A stretch of DNA of 40,000 nt from Ignatzschineria rhizosphaerae. GTDB taxonomy: Bacteria; Pseudomonadota; Gammaproteobacteria; Cardiobacteriales; Wohlfahrtiimonadaceae. Where the stretch lies: assembly GCF_022655595.1 (NCBI RefSeq), contig NZ_CP093379.1, positions 2,638,010-2,678,009 on the forward strand, in the 5' to 3' direction. How positions within the stretch are numbered: the first letter of the stretch is position 1; each line of letters begins with the position of its first letter. Positions 34,060 to 40,000 of the stretch are shown piece after piece. The notes below the pieces were generated by a model. That model searched no databases. It was not told the origin of the DNA and saw only the letters and a list, made by a program, of their open reading frames with translations. Made by a program: the position numbers and the translations under genes.

Positions 34060-34165
34060 CTGTGCAGGTTGGTTCTTAATCACCGCAAGCATAAAAGACA
34101 CGCTCGAAACTAAACGGCAGATTGTTGTTCACAATGAGCGGTATATCAATAACTGCCAAGACTAA
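33950..34165 (+). CDS. o-spanin (Rz1-like lipoprotein), overlapping the i-spanin gene
   Basis: From Met 33950: MQRKTPSTLKIASIALVSLILTAC, with lipobox LTAC. The short mature protein has additional Cys residues. The first 110 nt lie within the i-spanin gene in a different frame. Confidence 0.65.
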   Translation: MQRKTPSTLKIASIALVSLILTACSTNKTLYEMKEINCAGWFLITASIKDTLETKRQIVVHNERYINNCQD

Positions 34166-34261
34166 TTTCAACTGCGCGGAAAAACTGCGTAGTTCAAAAC
34201 GCCAATGCGGCATAGACAAAATAGGAGTGCCGCTAATGGCAAGAAATAAAAGAGGTGAGCA

Positions 34262-34873
34262 ATGTTGAAGGTTGCCAGCCTAATAGATAAATTCCCCAAA
34301 ACAGCAAAGGGAACGATATATGCGGTCATTATATTGATCGTTATTACAATAGGAACGTTAGTCACAACAAGTTCAGCGGTTCAAAGCTCAATTGCAAGGC
34401 TCATTGATATGAGGGATCTACAATCAAGATTTTGTCCTCATAAGTTTTTGATTGAGTCGCAAAAACTCGTAGATAGCTTAGATGCTAAAAGTGTAGTGGT
34501 GTGGGCTACGGATATTAGCGGTAATCAAGCATCAAAAACAGTAATGTTCGCTTATGATTCAGAGGGTGGCGAACACGTTACAGAATCATGGCTAGGCAAA
34601 TCAGCACCTCTTTATTCAAGTGAGCGTAATCGATTAGATATGACATACCTGTTAGAGGGTCATGTTGTTTGCAATTCATTTGAAGCTCACTCAGAGGTAG
34701 AGAGAAGAATCTCAGAAATAGACGATATCTCTTATGTGTGCTCTGTGCCGGTACCGCCTACGAGTGGGAATATGATCGGTGTAATTAGCGTGTACTTTGA
34801 TAGAGAGCAGATAGCCACAAGCGCTGTTCGATTGGATTTAAGGAAAGCATCAAGAGGGATTATTCATGAGTGA
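34262..34873 (+). CDS. Membrane-anchored protein of unknown function (GAF-like C-terminal pattern?)
   Basis: AGAGGTGA RBS and an N-terminal TM segment (IYAVIILIVITIGTLV). The remainder has alternating beta-like blocks ending VPVPPTSGNMIGVISVYFD, reminiscent of GAF domains. That resemblance is tentative. Confidence 0.55.
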   Translation: MLKVASLIDKFPKTAKGTIYAVIILIVITIGTLVTTSSAVQSSIARLIDMRDLQSRFCPHKFLIESQKLVDSLDAKSVVVWATDISGNQASKTVMFAYDSEGGEHVTESWLGKSAPLYSSERNRLDMTYLLEGHVVCNSFEAHSEVERRISEIDDISYVCSVPVPPTSGNMIGVISVYFDREQIATSAVRLDLRKASRGIIHE

Positions 34874-35339
34874 AGAGAGCAGAAAAGTCGGGAGGCCTAC
34901 GAAGTATAAAGAAGAGTATGCCGAACAGGCTTATAGGCTTTCTTTGTTGGGAATGACGGATGTTCAAATAGCTGGATTCTTTGAGGTTCATGAGTCAACT
35001 GTTTATCAGTGGAAAATAGATTATCCTGAATTTTCCGAGTCCATAAAAAGAGGAAAAGAAATTGCTGACATAGAAGTTGTGGAGGCTCTAAGAAAAAGAG
35101 CTATCGGTTATACCTATGAAGAAGTCAAAGAAGAAGATTCTCCGATGGGCGTTAGAAGAACTACAACGGTTAAAGAAGTTGTTCCCGACCCCGTATCTAT
35201 TATTTTTTGGCTTAGAAACAGACACCCTGATAAATGGTCCAATAACCCAATGCCAGATACTGATGATTTAACAGCAACGCCAGTTCAAATTGTCGTAAAC
35301 GTACAGGATGCACGAAAAGATGATAAACCCGAGCCTTAA
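34866..35339 (+). CDS. Terminase small subunit
   Basis: GRPTKY.EEYAEQAY.L.LLG.TD.QIA.FF.V...T(V)Y.WK..(Y)PEF.E(S)IKRGK..AD..V..(A)L is the typical HTH-type TerS N-terminus. Confidence 0.85.
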   Translation: MSEESRKVGRPTKYKEEYAEQAYRLSLLGMTDVQIAGFFEVHESTVYQWKIDYPEFSESIKRGKEIADIEVVEALRKRAIGYTYEEVKEEDSPMGVRRTTTVKEVVPDPVSIIFWLRNRHPDKWSNNPMPDTDDLTATPVQIVVNVQDARKDDKPEP

Positions 35340-36597
35340 TATTCCTCAAGGCCAGTTCTTAGAAATGGATAATAAGTTTAAGGCATTTATCAGTGGGTTC
35401 GGGGGAGGCAAAACCTGGGTAGGATGTGCTGCCTTGGCTAAGCATTTTTGGGAAAACCCTAAAATCAATGCCGGTTACTTCGCGCCTACATATCCCCATA
35501 TTCGCGATATCTTTTATGAAACTATGGAAGAGGTCGCTTTTGAGTGGGGATTGAATCTTGATATCAAAGAGTCTAATAAGGAAGTCCACTTTTATGAAGG
35601 TAGAATCTATCGAGGCACAACTATTTGTCGATCTATGGATAAGCCAGCTTCAATAGTTGGTTTTAAAATTGGTCACGCCATGGTTGATGAGATCGATATT
35701 CTTAACCAGGATAAAGCAACTTTAGCATGGCGAAAGATTATCGCTCGGATGAGATATAACAAACCAGGACTTCGAAATGGCATTGATGTTACAACAACCC
35801 CTGAAGGCTTTAAGTTTGTTTATGAGCAGTTCGTAAAGCAGCCTAGAACAAAAGCAAGCCTTCAAAAAATGTATGGGCTTATACAGGCAAGTACTTATGA
35901 CAATGAGAAGAATCTACCGCCAGACTATATTGAGTCATTATTCGAATCATATCCTAAGCAACTGATAGAAGCATACATTAATGGCGAGTTTGTAAACCTT
36001 ACAAGTGGCGCTGTGTATGTAGATTTCGATAATAAACTTAATCACACAAATGAAGTTGCTAAAGAGGGCGAGCCTCTACATATCGGGATGGACTTTAACG
36101 TTCTCAAGATGGCAGCAGTTGTCTATGTGCTTCGTGAAAACAAGATGTATGCAGTTGATGAGCTAACAGAGGTGAGAGATACGCCAACAATGGCCCGACT
36201 AATCAAAGAGCGATTTGAGGGTCACGCAATTAAGATCTATCCCGATGCCAGCGGACAAAACACAAGTTCAAAGAGTGCCAGTGAATCAGACTTAAGTATT
36301 CTTCGAGAACATGGTTTCTCATTAGTTGTTGACTCCTCAAATCCAAGAGTTAAGGATCGGGTAATGGCCACTGAAGCAATGCTGTTGAATGGTAAAGGCG
36401 AAAGGCGTTTATTGGTGAATACTAATCGATGCCCTAAATTCACCGAGGGCTTAGAGCAGCAAGTTTACGACAAGCACGGCGAGCCTGATAAGAGTTCAGG
36501 TGTAGATCACGTTAATGATGCCGGCACCTATCCGATTGTTAAACTCTTCCCAATTGTGAAGAAGAAAGCACAACGAATTCGATTACCAATTTTTTAA
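35308..36597 (+). CDS. Terminase large subunit
   Basis: Walker A GFGGGKTW and Walker B-like HAMVDEID. The size (~429 aa) and position fit TerL. The start codon is uncertain (35308, 35320 or 35365). Confidence 0.88.
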   Translation: MHEKMINPSLNIPQGQFLEMDNKFKAFISGFGGGKTWVGCAALAKHFWENPKINAGYFAPTYPHIRDIFYETMEEVAFEWGLNLDIKESNKEVHFYEGRIYRGTTICRSMDKPASIVGFKIGHAMVDEIDILNQDKATLAWRKIIARMRYNKPGLRNGIDVTTTPEGFKFVYEQFVKQPRTKASLQKMYGLIQASTYDNEKNLPPDYIESLFESYPKQLIEAYINGEFVNLTSGAVYVDFDNKLNHTNEVAKEGEPLHIGMDFNVLKMAAVVYVLRENKMYAVDELTEVRDTPTMARLIKERFEGHAIKIYPDASGQNTSSKSASESDLSILREHGFSLVVDSSNPRVKDRVMATEAMLLNGKGERRLLVNTNRCPKFTEGLEQQVYDKHGEPDKSSGVDHVNDAGTYPIVKLFPIVKKKAQRIRLPIF

Positions 36598-36619
36598 GTC
36601 ACTTCGGTGGCTTTTTTTA
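36596..36619 (+). terminator. Intrinsic terminator-like hairpin after TerL
   Basis: Stem aagtcac-ttcg-gtggctt followed by a T-run. Confidence 0.6.
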
Positions 36620-36631
36620 TGCGAGTAGAAA

Positions 36632-38023
36632 ATGACACAAGTGAAAATAGACTCCATTTCTCAGAAAATGAAAGACTTTCATGCTGAGATAGCGCCGATC
36701 AAAGCGCTTCTTGGCGGAACGTCAGCAATGAGGGAAGCTGGCGAAACGTATTTGCCTAAATTCCCCTCAGAGGCAAACGATAAAGAGTATGGAGATAGAG
36801 ATTATAGAAATAGGTTAAAACAAGCCGTATTAGTGCCTTATTTTGAGGATACAGTTAAATCCATGACGGGAAGATTGTTCTATAAGCAATTCTCAATGGA
36901 TTTAGATGAAAAGATCCTCGAATACAAGGATGATTTTGATATGTCCGGTGGAAGTATTTCGGGTGTATTTGAATCGGTATTCTATGAAGCTTTATCTTAT
37001 TCGCGCTCTTATATCGTGGTTGATTACTCACTTAAAGTTCAGGTTAAGAGTAAAGCAGAAGAGATCCAAGCGGGCGCTCGGCCCTATGCTTTCAAAGTTG
37101 AAGCGGATCAAGTGTTAGATGTGCGAGAAAAGAAAGGCAAGATCGTCCTTTTCAAGTATCAGCATAAAGTGATTAACGAAGATAAGACGAATGACTTTGA
37201 AGTTGTCTATCAAGATGAAATAGTTTTAATGACTCCCGGACAAACTCGCACTTGGAGAAAGAGCGATAAGGGCCAATGGGAATCTAAAGATGACTTTGCA
37301 GTAAAGGTTAACGGTAAAACGCTTGATTACGTTACGGCATTTGAATTAAAGCTTAGTCGAAAGCCGCCTTTAGAGAATCTTGCAGAGCTTAATATCGAGC
37401 ATTGGCAATCAAAGAGCAGTCAGCGAAATATTGTTGATGTAGCTAGGGTGCCAATACTTGTTTTTACTGGCGTTGATAACTCAACAGACATTGAATATGT
37501 CAGTGGGGGATTAAGCATTAGGAATGAGGCAAAAGTAGCTTATGTTGAACATACAGGGGCGGCTATAGAGGCAGGGCAAACCTCACTCGATAAACTCGAG
37601 GAGCAAATGGGAGTTGCCGGCGCTAAGTTACTCACTCGCACCAAGATGGCCTTAACAGACACTCAAGCAAAGAGTGAAGGGATTAAGGAAGTTAGTGAGC
37701 TAATGCTTTACGGCATGCTTTTAGGCGAGTTCATGAACCAAGTCATCGAAATGTTCGGTATGTGGCTTGGAATAGAAGAGGCGGGAACAATTGATATTAC
37801 CGAGAATCTTAAAAATACAATTGATTCAGGCGTGTCGGCACAAGATGTTATTCAATCAGCGGTTCACGGCATTACTTCATACAGAACAGCTTATGAAACT
37901 TTAGTGGCCATGAACGCTATTAGCGGAAGTCGAACCTACGAAGAGGAAGAGGAGCAGATAGGAATTGAAAGCGAAACTAGATTACCAAGACCTACAAGTC
38001 TCTTTGGCGGAATGGAAGATTAA
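36632..38023 (+). CDS. Portal protein
   Basis: 463 aa, immediately after TerL and before the Mu-F-like gene, with an acidic C-terminus. The call rests on position and size. Confidence 0.7.
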   Translation: MTQVKIDSISQKMKDFHAEIAPIKALLGGTSAMREAGETYLPKFPSEANDKEYGDRDYRNRLKQAVLVPYFEDTVKSMTGRLFYKQFSMDLDEKILEYKDDFDMSGGSISGVFESVFYEALSYSRSYIVVDYSLKVQVKSKAEEIQAGARPYAFKVEADQVLDVREKKGKIVLFKYQHKVINEDKTNDFEVVYQDEIVLMTPGQTRTWRKSDKGQWESKDDFAVKVNGKTLDYVTAFELKLSRKPPLENLAELNIEHWQSKSSQRNIVDVARVPILVFTGVDNSTDIEYVSGGLSIRNEAKVAYVEHTGAAIEAGQTSLDKLEEQMGVAGAKLLTRTKMALTDTQAKSEGIKEVSELMLYGMLLGEFMNQVIEMFGMWLGIEEAGTIDITENLKNTIDSGVSAQDVIQSAVHGITSYRTAYETLVAMNAISGSRTYEEEEEQIGIESETRLPRPTSLFGGMED

Positions 38024-38972
38024 TGCGTTTAGATATGATGCTTATGTTCGATCAATCGTTCTAGGTCAGTTAAATCAAACGCAAAAAGAGCTTTTAGCGG
38101 CGATTATTAGCGAGGATATAGAAAACCTTACTAAACATCAGCTAGATGGTTTGTTAAAGGATATAGATGAGATTATCGATACGAATTACGATCGGATCTC
38201 ATCATTTCTTGATAAGACCAATAAAGAGTTCTATATAACTTCTCATCAAGTTGAGGCAATCGTTTATAACGAGTGGCTAGGTGTAAGTGCTTTATCGGTA
38301 TTGCCAAAGTACAAGCTTGAGGCGATTAAGGTTACACCTCTGTTTGAAGGTCGAGCGTTAGGTGATTGGTGGGGTAAACAGCAGAGTGATCTAAAGTTTA
38401 ACCTCGAAACTATCATTAGGAACGGCAATGTTATTGGTGAATCTCAAGCGAATATTGCTAGGCAGGTTCGGCATCGATTGGGAATAACAGCTCAATATGC
38501 AGAAACGTTAGTTAGAACGGCAAACGCTTCAATTTCAAGTGCTGCACAATCTAAGTTAATGGAGATTAATGCTGATGTTATTCATGCTAAACAGCACTTA
38601 TCGACCTTGGACAGCAGGACCACTTTAGAGTGTGGCGCTCGTGATGGGAAGCAGTGGACTTTAGATAATGAGCCAATTGGTCACACTATGCCATTCAAGG
38701 AAACGCCACTTCATCCTAATTGCAGGTCGATCATTCAGATAGTGATTGATACCAAGCATAAATCAACAAGGGCTTCTGAGTTCGGACCAGTAGACAGCAA
38801 TCTCAATTATAGCGATTGGTTAAAACAGCAGGAAGCCAAGTATCAAGATGGCATTTTAGGAAAGCGAAAGGCTCAATGGTTCCGAGATGGAAAGGTCAGC
38901 TTGCAACAGATGTTAAATCAAAATGATAGACCTTTAACGATTGAACAGTTACGGAAGAAATACAACTTATAA
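37965..38972 (+). CDS. Head morphogenesis protein (Mu F / SPP1 gp7 family)
   Basis: LDSRTT..C.ARDGK.W......IGH....(P)PLHPNCRS is the Phage_Mu_F signature. The start is uncertain, since ATG 37965 overlaps the portal gene by 59 nt. Confidence 0.85.
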   Translation: MKAKLDYQDLQVSLAEWKINAFRYDAYVRSIVLGQLNQTQKELLAAIISEDIENLTKHQLDGLLKDIDEIIDTNYDRISSFLDKTNKEFYITSHQVEAIVYNEWLGVSALSVLPKYKLEAIKVTPLFEGRALGDWWGKQQSDLKFNLETIIRNGNVIGESQANIARQVRHRLGITAQYAETLVRTANASISSAAQSKLMEINADVIHAKQHLSTLDSRTTLECGARDGKQWTLDNEPIGHTMPFKETPLHPNCRSIIQIVIDTKHKSTRASEFGPVDSNLNYSDWLKQQEAKYQDGILGKRKAQWFRDGKVSLQQMLNQNDRPLTIEQLRKKYNL

Positions 38973-38973
38973 C

Positions 38974-38997
38974 AGCTCACTTTAAGTGGGCTTTTTT
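38974..38997 (+). terminator. Intrinsic terminator-like hairpin after the Mu-F-like gene
   Basis: Stem agctcac-tttaa-gtgggct followed by T6. Confidence 0.6.
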
Positions 38998-39061
38998 ATT
39001 ACTTATTTTTTAACGAGCGAGATGCTCACAGCAACATGGCGAGAAGCTAAGGAAATTAGAT

Positions 39062-39802
39062 ATGTGGAAAAAAGACGAAAACGGGAATTTGGTAGCTGAT
39101 GACAAAGGCAATCCAATTTTAATCACAGCTGATGGTAAAGAGGAGGGGTTCTCTCTTGAAGCCAATAAACAGCATATTAGTTCAATCAATGCAGAGTCAG
39201 CATCAAGACGAAAGGAGATTGATTCACTTAAAGAGCAATTGAAACCTTTTGAAGGATTAGATCCAACTAAAGCGCGAGAAGCAATTGAGAAGGTGAAATC
39301 TTTCAGTGAAAAGGATTTAGTGGATGCCGGTAAGGTTGACGAGATCAAAGCAGAAATGAAGCGAGTACACGATGCGCAGCTAAGCGAGGCGAACTCAAAA
39401 GCTGAGGGGTACAAGCAACAAATGCAGTCATACATCATCGGGCAGTCATTTGGTGATTCTAAATTTGTAACGGAAAAACTCAATATTCCGGCAGATATGG
39501 CTCGCAAGTTCTTCAGCGATAACTTCGTTGTTGATGAGAATAACCGAGTTGTAGCGCTTCATGATCCAAGCAATCCAAACAGCATCGTTTTCTCAGAAGC
39601 AAATGCGGGAGAACCAGCATCTTTTGATGAAGCATTAGCAAAGTTTGTAAACGCATATCCAAACAAGGATCAGATCCTAAAATCAAGCGGCAATCAGGGC
39701 GGAGGCACTAACAATAGTCATAAAGGCGGATCTAATGCGCCTAAATCTCTATCAGAGTGTACAACCGAAGCAGAACGCATCGCTTACTTAGAAAGCATTT
39801 AA
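39062..39802 (+). CDS. Scaffolding protein
   Basis: 246 aa, helical and charged, with a G/N-rich tail. It lies between the head-morphogenesis and capsid genes. The call rests on position and composition. Confidence 0.6.
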   Translation: MWKKDENGNLVADDKGNPILITADGKEEGFSLEANKQHISSINAESASRRKEIDSLKEQLKPFEGLDPTKAREAIEKVKSFSEKDLVDAGKVDEIKAEMKRVHDAQLSEANSKAEGYKQQMQSYIIGQSFGDSKFVTEKLNIPADMARKFFSDNFVVDENNRVVALHDPSNPNSIVFSEANAGEPASFDEALAKFVNAYPNKDQILKSSGNQGGGTNNSHKGGSNAPKSLSECTTEAERIAYLESI

Positions 39803-39819
39803 TAAAGGAAATATAAAAT

Positions 39820-40000
39820 ATGGCATTCGATTTAGAGAAGTTTAATAAGCAAGTCTACACAACAATGACTGAAACAGTCGATCAAGACATTGCAAAATTC
39901 AATGAGGCATCAGGCTATGCGATTGAGCTAGTCAATGAGCCGTCACAAGGGGACTTTAGCATTAAGGCATCATTCAAGCAGATTTCAGGCTTAGTGCGTC
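39820..40000 (+). CDS. Probable major capsid protein, 3'-truncated by the window edge
   Basis: Hand-translated as MAFDLEKFNKQVYTTMTETVDQDIAKFNEASGYAIELVNEPSQGDFSIKASFKQISGLVR... AAGGAAA RBS. It follows the scaffold gene. It is absent from the ORF track because it runs off the window. Confidence 0.5.
   Translation, partial: MAFDLEKFNKQVYTTMTETVDQDIAKFNEASGYAIELVNEPSQGDFSIKASFKQISGLVR

Larger units (their letters stand above)
13861..40000. mobile_element. Lambdoid (siphovirus-type module order) prophage, partial; right end beyond the window
   Basis: Uninterrupted phage gene order: xis-like, ssb, exo/bet, immunity (cI/cro), replication O/P-like, nin-like region (NinB, Ref, RusA), Q-like, lysis, terminase, portal, head genes. 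The left boundary is inferred only from the end of host repeats and the start of phage genes. No att repeat could be defined. Confidence 0.9.

Noticed and set aside
34168-34365. 65-aa hydrophobic minus-strand ORF between the spanins and the membrane-anchored protein
   Set aside because: It is antisense to the late operon and overlaps the start of the better-supported 34262..34873 gene. It has no RBS.
39010-39507. 165-aa Ser/Cys-rich minus-strand ORF
   Set aside because: It is fully antisense to the scaffold gene within a unidirectional structural operon. Its composition is typical of a shadow frame.

Overview
The window has two parts. (1) About 13.8 kb is chromosomal backbone of a low-GC Gram-negative, gammaproteobacterial-type genome. 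It carries queA (5'-truncated by the window edge), an MHS-type MFS transporter, an SDR oxidoreductase, a cscB-cscA sucrose permease/GH32 hydrolase pair, rppH, a divergent MFS/LysR pair, a DinF-like MATE pump, and groES-groEL behind a near-consensus sigma-32 promoter. The intergenic regions hold at least five copies of a ~170-215 bp repeat with terminal inverted repeats (MITE/REP-like). (2) From ~13.9 kb to the window end lies a lambdoid prophage of at least 26 kb, whose right end is outside the window. The leftward early operon encodes an AlpA-like Xis, SSB, an HNH endonuclease, a DUF3850/ASCH protein, YopX, a YqaJ-type exonuclease, lambda Bet and many small unknown ORFs. The immunity region mirrors lambda: PL/OL, terminator, rexB-like, rexA-like, cI (S24), divergent promoters with a shared 14-bp palindromic operator, then cro-like. 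The rightward early operon encodes an HTH protein, a Zn-ribbon protein, an O-like initiator with embedded 15-bp-period iterons, a P-like loader, a second YopX, NinB-like, Ref-like nuclease, RusA and a Q-like protein. A PR'-like promoter with a short terminated leader follows, then an ~700 bp poorly coding island, a DUF1090 moron and a lysis cassette (endolysin, holin, inserted secreted-protein moron, overlapped spanins). The window ends with TerS, TerL, portal, Mu-F-like, scaffold and the capsid start. The most interesting candidate is the AT-rich two-gene RexA/RexB-like cassette (22942..24325) co-oriented downstream of cI. No integrase lies next to the Xis-like gene, and the prophage/host junction sits against an inverted pair of the host repeat element. 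No CRISPR array, rRNA or tRNA was seen. All homology statements rest on reading the translated ORFs and on recalled family signatures, not on database searches.
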